Virus record (IMG/VR): IMGVR_UViG_3300007520_000004
Reading direction: 5' to 3' (one strand)
Length of the DNA stretch: 30,071 nucleotides
Source: a virus
In this document: in pieces, positions 21,786 to 29,835 of the stretch
Numbering within the stretch: position 1 is the stretch's first letter
Layout: each line of letters starts with the position of its first letter
Notes under the pieces: generated by a model
Database searches by the model: none
Told to the model about the DNA's origin: nothing
The model's input: only the letters and a program-made list of their open reading frames with translations
Program-made: the position numbers and the translations under genes

Positions 21786-23589
21786 TTTTCCAATAATAAC
21801 ACAGTTTACATCGGCAGAAGTGCCAAAGTTCTTAGAAAAAAAGAGTCAAAACATAGTCTATTTCGGAGCGGACAACTTATATCCCTTTGAATTAATAGAC
21901 CTATACAACGATAGCAGCACCCACAACGCTATAATCAACGGCAAGGTAGGCTATATAGTAGGAAACGGACTTGAAAGTGAGGACTTGAATACTAAGAAAT
22001 GGCTATCAGCTGCCAATATAGATGAGGATTGGACAAGTTTATTAAAGCGTTTATCGTTAGACTATGAGCTTTTCAACGGATATGCTATTGAAGTAATCAG
22101 GACTACGGCAGGAAACCAATATCACCACCTAGATTTTGCCAATATTCGCTTAGGATTAGACGGTGGCATTCAGTATTCAGATAATTGGATAAGCGAGAGC
22201 GGTACAAGAACCTTTAGACCATACATCCAGCACTTAGAACGGTACAACCCAGCTAACTTAGAGCAGAAAAGAGGTGTTATATATCACGTAGATTATAGAC
22301 CCAACCTTAAGTACTACCCGTTGCCCGTATATGTAGGCTCTTTAGCTGAGATAAAAACGGATGTGCAGATAGGAGATTATTGGCTAAACGAGGTAACCAA
22401 TGGATTTGTAGGTGGTACGCTTATTCAGCATAACAACGGAGTACCTGAGACGCTAGAAGAAAGCAAAGAATTTGAGGATGCGTTTAAAGATAAGTTCGGT
22501 AAAGCAACGGGAACTAAAATAGTACACCTATTCTCGCCTTCTAAGGATAACGCATCAGAGATAAGTAACTTAAACGGGAACGACCTACACGAAAGATACT
22601 TAGAGATGAGTAACCGAGTGAAGGAGAGTATATTCATAGGGCATCGAGTAACCAACCCGATACTTTTCGGAGTAAAGGAAGCTGGGCAAATGGGGGCTAG
22701 AAATGAGCTTGACTTAGCGTATGAGATATTTACCAATACATATATAGCTGAGAGACAAAATACACTATTAAGGACTATCAAGAAATTAGCGTTCTACGAG
22801 ATACAAACTTCCGATATAGAGATTATACCCTTAAAGCCGATTGATACAATAGACTTGACGAGTGATATAATATTAAGTAACTTGACCAGAGCGGAGATAA
22901 GACAACTTATAAACGAGCAAAGCGGATTAGAGTTAGAGGAAGAAGTAGTGCCAGTAGAGACTGCTATGTGTAGCCACTTCTCAGATGATGAAGATATAAG
23001 CCACTTATTCGACAAGATAGGAGTAAACGAAGATGACTACGAGGTAATAGATTGCCTTGATATTTGCTTTGATACTGACGGCAGCCCAGTTGAGTTCGCT
23101 GGTGAAAGTATTATTAGAAAGGTATTAAAAGCTATCTTAGACAATCCTTTAATAGTAGCAACTGGAATATCTAACTTATTGAAATTAGATTTTAGTCAGT
23201 TATTAGGTTCTATCAACGTACTTGCAACTTCAAACCTTATAGAAATAGAAGGCAGTAATATTGCACTTACTCCATTAGGGGATAAGGTTGCTAAGACAAT
23301 AGACATACCAAAAGCAGAGATTATGTACAAGTATGAGTTAAGACCTGATGCACCTGCATTGGCAGAGGGTGGTAAGAGTAGAGACTTTTGCAGAAAGATG
23401 GTATCTAAAAAGAAGCTATACTCTAAGAAAGAAATAGAGGTACTTAGAAATGATATGAAGCCAAGTGGATTTGCAGATGTTACAGACGTTTGGTTATCTC
23501 GTGGCGGTTGGTATAGAAGAAAGGGAACGGACACTTCTATTCCTTATTGTAGACATACTTGGAAGCAAGTAATAGTGAGAAAGAAATGA
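21778..23589 (+). CDS. Portal protein with a C-terminal MuF/SPP1 gp7-like extension
   Basis: 603 aa. N-terminal FGADNLYPFELIDLYNDSSTHNAIINGKVGYIVGNG is portal-like. The C-terminal ~170 aa end in SRDFCRKMV...RGGWYRRKG..IPYCRHTWKQ (Cys/His motif like head-morphogenesis domains). Confidence 0.55.
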   Translation: MSNFPIITQFTSAEVPKFLEKKSQNIVYFGADNLYPFELIDLYNDSSTHNAIINGKVGYIVGNGLESEDLNTKKWLSAANIDEDWTSLLKRLSLDYELFNGYAIEVIRTTAGNQYHHLDFANIRLGLDGGIQYSDNWISESGTRTFRPYIQHLERYNPANLEQKRGVIYHVDYRPNLKYYPLPVYVGSLAEIKTDVQIGDYWLNEVTNGFVGGTLIQHNNGVPETLEESKEFEDAFKDKFGKATGTKIVHLFSPSKDNASEISNLNGNDLHERYLEMSNRVKESIFIGHRVTNPILFGVKEAGQMGARNELDLAYEIFTNTYIAERQNTLLRTIKKLAFYEIQTSDIEIIPLKPIDTIDLTSDIILSNLTRAEIRQLINEQSGLELEEEVVPVETAMCSHFSDDEDISHLFDKIGVNEDDYEVIDCLDICFDTDGSPVEFAGESIIRKVLKAILDNPLIVATGISNLLKLDFSQLLGSINVLATSNLIEIEGSNIALTPLGDKVAKTIDIPKAEIMYKYELRPDAPALAEGGKSRDFCRKMVSKKKLYSKKEIEVLRNDMKPSGFADVTDVWLSRGGWYRRKGTDTSIPYCRHTWKQVIVRKK

Positions 23590-24089
23590 TATTAATTATA
23601 AGCCCAGCATTCACTAAAGAGAATACCGTCTTACACTACAATATAGACGACGGCTACTTGAAGCCTTTAATTGATACCACTCAGAATACATTTGTACGCC
23701 CTATTTTAGGTTCTGCATTATTTGATGAGGTATTAGCACAAATAAAAGCTGGCACTGTTACGGCTGCAAATGAGACATTAATAAAAGAGTATATCCGCGA
23801 TGCTTTGAAGTGGGAAGTTTGCCACAAGTTTACAAGAATAGGAACTTATAAGTTACGCAACAAAGGGGCTGGAACTAAGTCAGGCGATGGCTTTACTCCA
23901 TTAAGTGAAAGCGAATTAGTAACTGCGAAGAATATATTTAAGGACAACGCAGATTTTTATAGAAGAAAGTTAAAACTATATTTAAAAGAGAATAGCAGCA
24001 CGTACCCACTATACGCCAACCCACCGACGGGATTAGATGTGGTATACCCTGAGCAAGATACACAATGGAGAAGCCAATTTATAATTTAA
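23586..24089 (+). CDS. Putative head-tail connector protein
   Basis: The ATG at 23586 forms an ATGA overlap with the portal stop and is preferred over TTG 23559. gp6-like pattern (DDGYLKPLIDTTQNTFVRPILG). Tentative. Confidence 0.4.
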   Translation: MILIISPAFTKENTVLHYNIDDGYLKPLIDTTQNTFVRPILGSALFDEVLAQIKAGTVTAANETLIKEYIRDALKWEVCHKFTRIGTYKLRNKGAGTKSGDGFTPLSESELVTAKNIFKDNADFYRRKLKLYLKENSSTYPLYANPPTGLDVVYPEQDTQWRSQFII

Positions 24090-24113
24090 AAGAAGATAGA
24101 TTAAAGATATACA

Positions 24114-24587
24114 TTGAAAAGTTTAACAATCAAAAACCTAGTCACGATAATGGAGGGGATAGCGACAGAGCATCCTCAGATAAATACTGTGCTAAAGGGA
24201 AACATATTTGATATAGACTTAACTAAAAGCCCGACGGGAGGTTATCTCATCTACGATGTAGTAAGTATATCTCCCAACGGTTTTAATGGCATAGACTACT
24301 CCTTAGATATGTTCTTATGCGACAACGTGACAGAGCTTAATACAGAGAGTAACGAGGTTTCAGTTCAAAACGAATGTGCTTTGATATCATTAGACATAAT
24401 GAGCATATTTGAGAATTACAATAAAACGAGCTGGGCAGATAAAGACTTGCATTTAGTGTTAAACAAGAATTGGAGCATACAACCGTTCACAGAAAGGTTT
24501 GATAGTTTGTATAGTGGTGCTGCAATTAATATGAGTTTAAGCACAAGTTATGGATATGCGAGATGCAAAGTTCCAGTTAAAATATAA
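24114..24587 (+). CDS. Hypothetical virion-module protein (157 aa)
   Basis: ORF with a TTG start. The alternative ATG is 12 codons downstream. Confidence 0.5.
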   Translation: MKSLTIKNLVTIMEGIATEHPQINTVLKGNIFDIDLTKSPTGGYLIYDVVSISPNGFNGIDYSLDMFLCDNVTELNTESNEVSVQNECALISLDIMSIFENYNKTSWADKDLHLVLNKNWSIQPFTERFDSLYSGAAINMSLSTSYGYARCKVPVKI

Positions 24588-24611
24588 AAAGAAATTAAAA
24601 ATAAAAATAAA

Positions 24612-24905
24612 ATGGGTACTACAACAGATTTACTAATAGCAAGAAACGGGCAGAAATTTACTGACTCAGCAGCGGCTATATCAGGAGCGACAATCACAGA
24701 GAACTACATCTATATTGTAATCAATGCAGAAGCGGTAATCTCTACACTTACAAGCTCAAACGGAACTAACCTTGTTACAAGCATTGGCATCGGTTCTAAG
24801 GCACTTTCAGCTGGTATGATTATAGCAGCACCAAGTGGCGAGTTTCTAACGGCGGTAACGCTTGCAAGTGGTTCAGCTTTCGCAATTAAGGGAGGAGGTC
24901 AATAA
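24612..24905 (+). CDS. Hypothetical virion-module protein (97 aa)
   Basis: Ala/Ser/Thr/Gly-rich ORF coupled to the next gene by TAATG. Confidence 0.5.
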   Translation: MGTTTDLLIARNGQKFTDSAAAISGATITENYIYIVINAEAVISTLTSSNGTNLVTSIGIGSKALSAGMIIAAPSGEFLTAVTLASGSAFAIKGGGQ

Positions 24906-25063
24906 TGTACGGGTTCGGCTTTGGATTTGGCTTTAAAAGCTACGGGGCGGACGTAGGCAAAGCACTTGCAGCCGCCTACGAAACACGAGTTCTAGCAGAC
25001 GGGGGGACTTATGAGAATAGCACTTGTCTTATAGCAGCATTAAATTATTTGAATAGTATATGA
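24905..25063 (+). CDS. Small 52-aa protein coupled to the fibre gene
   Basis: Hand translation: MYGFGFGFGFKSYGADVGKALAAAYETRVLADGGTYENSTCLIAALNYLNSI. TAATG and ATGA overlaps at its two ends. Confidence 0.4.
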   Translation: MYGFGFGFGFKSYGADVGKALAAAYETRVLADGGTYENSTCLIAALNYLNSI

Positions 25064-26001
25064 GCGTATTAGACGAAGCATCATTAGTATTAATCCCAAG
25101 CGGATATAAAGCAAGTAAATTGTACAGTGTAGTGCCTAGTAGCGGAGACGGAGACTTAGACTTCTCACGCAGCACAACGGCTACAAGAGTAAACGAAAGC
25201 GGACTAATTGAAACGGTAGGAATTAACGTACCACGAATAGACTTCACGGGTGGCGGTTGCGGTAAACTATTGATAGAGCCGCAAAGGACAAACTTATACC
25301 TAAATAGTGCCACTTTAGCAACGCAAAACGTAACCACCGCCGCTGCTAGTTATTCCATTTCATTTTATGGGACGGGGACGGTAACCTTTACGGGTACTTA
25401 TTCGGGTAGTTTAGTGGGGACTGGAGTAGGTGATAGAGTTACTTTAACTTTTACCGCAACATCGGGAACGCTAACAAGCACAATTAGCGGGAGTTGCACA
25501 AACGCACAACTAGAAGCAGGCTCATACGCCACATCCTACATACCAACAGCAGGCACGAGCGTGACTAGAGGTAAGGATGCAAGTAGCACAAGCGGATTAT
25601 CTTCTTTGATAGGGCAAACGGAGGGAACTATTTTTTTGGATTTAAACTTAGTCAGTCAGCCGCAGCAGTATCTTTGGATAGGGCAATTCGAAAATAGGAT
25701 AATAATTCTCTTAGATAATCTAAATTTTAAGATTATAATTCAAAACGCAGGAAGTTATGACCTTTCCGTAGTAGTTAATACCCTTGTAGATGGGAGTAGA
25801 AACAAAATAGGATTTGCGTATAAAAACAACGATGTAAAAGTATATCTCAATGGCGTAGCAGAATACACTAACACAAGTGTTTCTATTCCTACATCCACTT
25901 TAGGCGAAATTACGTTTTTTCAATTTTATTCACAGGTCAATCAATTAATACTTTCAGATTATTTAACAGATACACAACTAGCAGAACTAACAACACTATG
26001 A
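25060..26001 (+). CDS. Tail fibre / receptor-binding protein with a LamG (concanavalin-like) jelly-roll
   Basis: N-terminal LVLIPSGYKASKLYSVVP...GKLLIEPQRTNLYLNS and C-terminal GTIFLD...KIGFAYKNNDVKVYLNG pattern, typical of LamG-type phage fibre proteins. Confidence 0.5.
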   Translation: MSVLDEASLVLIPSGYKASKLYSVVPSSGDGDLDFSRSTTATRVNESGLIETVGINVPRIDFTGGGCGKLLIEPQRTNLYLNSATLATQNVTTAAASYSISFYGTGTVTFTGTYSGSLVGTGVGDRVTLTFTATSGTLTSTISGSCTNAQLEAGSYATSYIPTAGTSVTRGKDASSTSGLSSLIGQTEGTIFLDLNLVSQPQQYLWIGQFENRIIILLDNLNFKIIIQNAGSYDLSVVVNTLVDGSRNKIGFAYKNNDVKVYLNGVAEYTNTSVSIPTSTLGEITFFQFYSQVNQLILSDYLTDTQLAELTTL

Positions 26002-26318
26002 TATTTAATAAGTACGAGTTCACAGACTGGGAGACGGTAAAAGCTACCATATACACAGAGGGAGTATTAATCCCTGAAATAAACGCTATTCACGAGATTG
26101 GCTATATATGCCTTGAAACAAATGAAGAGGGAGAATGTATTAATTTAAGCCCTAAATACGCAGTAGATATGTTACTTAACGAGGAGTACACCGCACTTGA
26201 TGCGAGTATAGTCTATCCAAATCCTGACGGCATACATATCTTTGCTGGATGTTCTGAACTATATTTAGCGTCCTTCTGCCTTGCTAATCCTGAGAGTCCT
26301 TATTGCACAACTACCTGA
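25998..26318 (+). CDS. Hypothetical protein (106 aa)
   Basis: ATGA-coupled to the fibre gene. Acidic, with several Cys. Confidence 0.5.
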   Translation: MIFNKYEFTDWETVKATIYTEGVLIPEINAIHEIGYICLETNEEGECINLSPKYAVDMLLNEEYTALDASIVYPNPDGIHIFAGCSELYLASFCLANPESPYCTTT

Positions 26319-26338
26319 TGAAGATATAGAAGAAGAAA

Positions 26339-26689
26339 ATGATACTACTATCTATACTTATATTCAGCATACTATTCCAAGCAAAATACGATGCAGTAAA
26401 CGGAAACTTACACGACCTACGGAGTAAGTTAATACTATGTATGAAAGCATTGTGTTTGTCAATAATCGGCATAGTCTTATTCCACAATCCATATACTATT
26501 ATAATATACGCATTATTGCGTATCTCAATATTCGATATTTCATTCTCATATTTCAGATACGGTGTATTCTCTTACATAGGGATTACTTCTGATTGGGACT
26601 TATTCATAAAAAATATACCTCCTATAATACTTTGGACTAACCGATTAGTATGTGGTATATTTGCAACATACTTAATATTAAAAACATAA
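26339..26689 (+). CDS. Multi-pass membrane protein (lysis cassette)
   Basis: 116 aa with about four hydrophobic segments. Its stop overlaps the next start (TAATG). Confidence 0.5.
   Translation: MILLSILIFSILFQAKYDAVNGNLHDLRSKLILCMKALCLSIIGIVLFHNPYTIIIYALLRISIFDISFSYFRYGVFSYIGITSDWDLFIKNIPPIILWTNRLVCGIFATYLILKT
26656..26663 (+). promoter_or_regulatory. -7 box TATATTTG(CA) upstream of 26689
   Basis: Exact TAnnTTTG match and the same TATATTTGCA string as at 3506. Lies 26 nt before the ATG at 26689. Confidence 0.4.
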
Positions 26690-26895
26690 TGAAAGATTTA
26701 TTTACAGATTACAGCCTTTATAGACCTTGGAAGACATTGTTAGCATTTACTTCATTGGTCATCGCTTTTATATTTACCCCAGGCAGCGAGATACAAGATA
26801 TTGCTAAGGTAGCAGTTAGCACAGTTTTGTCTGGAGCGGCAGGATGGACAGCAGGTCATTTCATATATAGATTTTATCTAGGATACGAAAGTTAA
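26689..26895 (+). CDS. Small membrane protein (holin/antiholin candidate)
   Basis: ATG 26689 is preferred to the track start at 26650. 68 aa with two hydrophobic segments (LLAFTSLVIAFIF; VAVSTVLSGAAGWTAG). Confidence 0.5.
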   Translation: MKDLFTDYSLYRPWKTLLAFTSLVIAFIFTPGSEIQDIAKVAVSTVLSGAAGWTAGHFIYRFYLGYES

Positions 26896-26897
26896 TT

Positions 26898-27317
26898 ATG
26901 AAGATATATCTTAGCACCGTATTGACAGCCTTGATATTATTCTTTGCCCCTATTAAGGGTATAGTATTAATAGTAGCAATATCTACCATTATAGACACTT
27001 GTTTTGGCGTGTGGAAGGCTAAATCTCTAGGAGAGGATATTACAAGTAAAATATTCAGACACGGATTAGTTCCAAAGCTACTCAGCTATATAGCAGTAGT
27101 GATGCTTGTATTCGCTTCAGATGTGTTTATAATTAACGAAATGACTATGAGCGTGGTGAGTGTTGCATTTGTTTCGACTAAGCTAACTTCATTAGTGCTT
27201 ATATCTATTGAGGTCAAGTCAATGGACGAGTCATTTGTTAAGGTAAAAGGATATTCTTTTATAGATAAGTTCAAGCTAATTATCAACAAAATTAAGGATT
27301 TAAAAAAACAATTCTAA
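26898..27317 (+). CDS. Holin (phage_holin_4-like)
   Basis: 139 aa with three or four TM segments. The IIDTCFGVWKA...FRHGLVPKLLSY pattern resembles the LL-H/holin_4 family. Confidence 0.55.
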   Translation: MKIYLSTVLTALILFFAPIKGIVLIVAISTIIDTCFGVWKAKSLGEDITSKIFRHGLVPKLLSYIAVVMLVFASDVFIINEMTMSVVSVAFVSTKLTSLVLISIEVKSMDESFVKVKGYSFIDKFKLIINKIKDLKKQF

Positions 27318-27469
27318 TGCCTTGGAACTTATTAATTTCATTCCACTATCCACACGATAGATTTGCCTTAGGTTGGGAATATATTGCACCTGATGAAAAC
27401 AATCCATTTAATACAATAACTTTGTACCTATTAATCGCAACAATAGACTTTAATTATGAGACCAATTAA
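27317..27469 (+). CDS. Small 50-aa ORF between holin and endolysin
   Basis: Hand translation: MPWNLLISFHYPHDRFALGWEYIAPDENNPFNTITLYLLIATIDFNYETN. TAATG start; overlaps the endolysin start by 14 nt. Confidence 0.35.
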   Translation: MPWNLLISFHYPHDRFALGWEYIAPDENNPFNTITLYLLIATIDFNYETN

Positions 27470-27857
27470 CAAGATTATCATTCACTGCTCGGCTACGCCA
27501 GAGGGTAGAGATGTTCCAACTAAAGAAATCCGCCAATGGCATTTAGATAAAGGCTGGTCAGATATCGGCTACCACTACGTAATAGAATTAAGTGGAGATG
27601 TTAAGACGGGCAGACCTATTGAGTTGCTCGGGGCTCATTGCTTGGGGCAAAACAAGTTTAGTATCGGCATCTGCTATGTAGGAGGAGTAGATAAAGACTT
27701 GCAACCGAAAGACACTCGTACGGACGAGCAAAAGAAATCAATCATAAAGCTAATTAAAAGAATACGGAAAGCATACCCTAACATTGAGATACACGGTCAC
27801 AACGAGTACTCAGCTAAGGCGTGTCCATCTTTTAATGTAGCTGATGAAGGATATTAG
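27456..27857 (+). CDS. N-acetylmuramoyl-L-alanine amidase endolysin (Amidase_2 / PGRP, T7 lysozyme-like)
   Basis: IIHCSATPEG, WSDIGYHYVI, GAHCLGQN, SIGICYVGG, HNEYS.KACPSF. Confidence 0.85.
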   Translation: MRPINKIIIHCSATPEGRDVPTKEIRQWHLDKGWSDIGYHYVIELSGDVKTGRPIELLGAHCLGQNKFSIGICYVGGVDKDLQPKDTRTDEQKKSIIKLIKRIRKAYPNIEIHGHNEYSAKACPSFNVADEGY

Positions 27858-28554
27858 ACCAAGACTTCACGGCAATCGCTTAAGAGCGTTCCAAAGCATC
27901 ACAAAGGAAGAGAAACGCATCTTAGTCATAGGAGACCTTCACGCTCCCTTCACTTTAGACGGGTACTTTGAATTTTGCCAACAGACATACGCAAATTACA
28001 ACTGCAATCAAGTTGTATTTATTGGTGATATAATAGATAATCACTATTCCAGCTTCCATACTGCCGACCCTGACGGACTAGGTGGAGGGGATGAGCTAGA
28101 CTTTGCTATTGAAGAGATAGCGAAATGGGCTAAGGAGTTCCCAGTGGCTGATGTAACAATAGGCAATCACGACCGTATAATAATGAGAAAGGCGTTTGAC
28201 GGGCAAATACCAGCTCGTTGGATAAGGGGATACAATGAAGTATTAGGCACTACGTGGAACTGGGCAGACCAAGTAAGCTACGATGGCGTGCAATATGTAC
28301 ACGGAGAAGGCGGCACTGCTAGAACTAAATCAAAGAATGATATGATGTCTACTGTACAAGGTCACATCCATACTCAGGCATATACAGAGTGGGCGGTAGG
28401 CAAAAACTTCAAAGTGTTTGGTATGCAAGTAGGGTGCGGAGTAGATTCACGCTCATACGCTGCTGCATACGCTAAGAACTTCAAGAAACAAGCCATAGGC
28501 TGCGGAGTAGTAATAGGAGGGCACACGGCTATTAATTGTCTGATGGCTTTATAA
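27844..28554 (+). CDS. Calcineurin-like metallophosphoesterase
   Basis: Ordered motifs VIGDLHAPF, FIGDIIDN, GNHD, HGE, GHIH. Confidence 0.8.
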   Translation: MKDIRPRLHGNRLRAFQSITKEEKRILVIGDLHAPFTLDGYFEFCQQTYANYNCNQVVFIGDIIDNHYSSFHTADPDGLGGGDELDFAIEEIAKWAKEFPVADVTIGNHDRIIMRKAFDGQIPARWIRGYNEVLGTTWNWADQVSYDGVQYVHGEGGTARTKSKNDMMSTVQGHIHTQAYTEWAVGKNFKVFGMQVGCGVDSRSYAAAYAKNFKKQAIGCGVVIGGHTAINCLMAL

Positions 28555-28579
28555 AAAGCGGCGTTCGTTGCTGAACTGT

Positions 28580-28626
28580 ACCCGCATTGCTTCCCATCAG
28601 AACAGCTTGCGGGTCTTCTTATTTTA
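28580..28626 (+). terminator. Terminator-like hairpin closing the rightward arm
   Basis: ACCCGCA...TGCGGGT (7 bp, plus an inner GCT/AGC pairing) followed by CTTCTTATTTTAT. Confidence 0.5.
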
Positions 28627-28661
28627 TACCCTCTCGCTTTCTTCATATACAAACCGTTATT

Positions 28662-28675
28662 TTGTCAATTTCAAT
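28662..28675. repeat. 14-bp direct repeat TTGTCAATTTCAAT, copy A
   Basis: Identical 14-mer at 29523..29536. The two copies bracket the methylase gene. Confidence 0.6.
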
Positions 28676-28718
28676 ATATGCCATAATCCTTGAGGGATTA
28701 CAAGGCACATATTCGGGC

Positions 28719-28747
28719 GTTGTAAAACATTAAAACGATTTTACAAC
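28719..28747. other. Perfect 9-bp hairpin GTTGTAAAA-(11 nt)-TTTTACAAC
   Basis: Read directly. Lies in the convergent noncoding region. Confidence 0.6.
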
Positions 28748-28867
28748 ATTGTATATACGTCAGGTGGGTTGCCAGCTTCTCCAAGCCTAATGCGTTTTTA
28801 ATTTAATGTCGGTATCCGTCACAACCGATTGCAGTTAATTACCCACCCGAACGCATATACTTTGCCG

Positions 28868-29401
28868 TTAGGTGTAATATTCTCTAATATCAATACTACC
28901 TTCAACTTCATTGCCCCAAATATCCCAACCCTGCTTTCCATCCCTGCAAAACATTTCAAGTCGCTCAGCACTCGGAAACCAATCTTTTATTAAATCTCGT
29001 ATAAAATTAGGTTTCTTACTGTGTTTTGAGCGTTTTTCTACCATAACACTGCTTATTCTTTTATCGCTCTTAGGTGGGCTAAATTTACCTTTCTTTGCCA
29101 CAATAAGTATTTCGTGCTGTCCTCTAAACCAATACCCCATTCCAATCATTTGTTTATCCCAAACACCTTGCGTTACATAAGTAAAGCCCCAAGCATCTAT
29201 AACTTTTAATGCCTCAAGTAATTTAGGAGCGGTAGCCCATAAATAAAGTACGGCATTTTTGTTTGTCATATTATCCACAGGTAAATCACATATTTCCTTT
29301 ATACTCATTGTTGGGTATTGGTTTTCAATATCCCTACTTTTACTTTTACTAAAGTCATATCGCCACGCAGGGTCGGCATAGATTACATCGTATTTTTTCA
29401 T
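28868..29401 (-). CDS. MT-A70 family N6-adenine DNA methyltransferase (orphan)
   Basis: MKKYDVIYADPAWRY (DPPW-type motif), LYLWAT, AWGFTY, KHSKKP. ATG 29401 is preferred. The track ORF extends to a TTG at 29452. No adjacent restriction gene. Confidence 0.85.
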   Translation of the reverse strand: MKKYDVIYADPAWRYDFSKSKSRDIENQYPTMSIKEICDLPVDNMTNKNAVLYLWATAPKLLEALKVIDAWGFTYVTQGVWDKQMIGMGYWFRGQHEILIVAKKGKFSPPKSDKRISSVMVEKRSKHSKKPNFIRDLIKDWFPSAERLEMFCRDGKQGWDIWGNEVEGSIDIREYYT

Positions 29402-29522
29402 CTTTCGTTCTTTTAATCCGTTCATACTACACCTAACACGTGCTATAATCAATAGCGGTGTCCGTGCTTTCCGAAAGTTTTAGTTTATTATTTAAGTCTG
29501 TCATAAATTTAAAGTTTTGTAA

Positions 29523-29536
29523 TTGTCAATTTCAAT
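29523..29536. repeat. 14-bp direct repeat TTGTCAATTTCAAT, copy B
   Basis: Identical to 28662..28675. Confidence 0.6.
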
Positions 29537-29576
29537 GTGTGGTTTACTTATTACGCTTCATACTTCTGCTATCATT

Positions 29577-29831
29577 TTATTTTGTTTTTTTAGTTATTAA
29601 ATAAGCACGTAATTTTTCTACGTCCTCTTTTTTAAAGATTGTACTATCCCAGTCTCCATATCTACTTTTATAACCAAAAGCATATTTAAGTCCATACCAT
29701 AGTCTTTTAAAAAAGTTTCTGTGAGTTGTTAAATGTGGCTCACAATATAAGCTCTCATCTTCTTCGTCATACCAAAAAATAACTTGGTGTTCGAGCGAGT
29801 GGCATTCGCATATCATTATTTGTCGTTCCAT
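29577..29831 (-). CDS. Hypothetical protein (84 aa), Cys/His-containing
   Basis: ORF with ICECHSLEH...YCEPH. No assignable family. Confidence 0.5.
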   Translation of the reverse strand: MERQIMICECHSLEHQVIFWYDEEDESLYCEPHLTTHRNFFKRLWYGLKYAFGYKSRYGDWDSTIFKKEDVEKLRAYLITKKTK

Positions 29832-29835
29832 AATA

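Noticed and set aside
24911-24934. GGNTTY x4 micro-repeat (GFGFGFGF)
   Set aside because: It lies within a coupled small ORF and reads as a coding low-complexity stretch, not a DNA-level repeat array.
28374-28652. 92-aa minus-strand ORF overlapping the end of the metallophosphoesterase gene
   Set aside because: It overlaps a motif-supported gene and runs through the terminator hairpin. It has no start context or coupling.
28555-28867. A tRNA or attP-like site in the convergent noncoding region
   Set aside because: I could not build an acceptor/T-arm cloverleaf (no GTTCRANYC-type T-loop in a suitable context). No integrase exists anywhere in the genome to use an att site.
29271-29279. A perfect DnaA box TTATCCACA plus scattered 8/9 matches (509..517, 5087..5095, 27340..27348), considered as a phage origin
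   Set aside because: The sites are isolated, lie inside coding regions and are not clustered. One perfect 9-mer in 60 kb of two-strand sequence is close to chance expectation.
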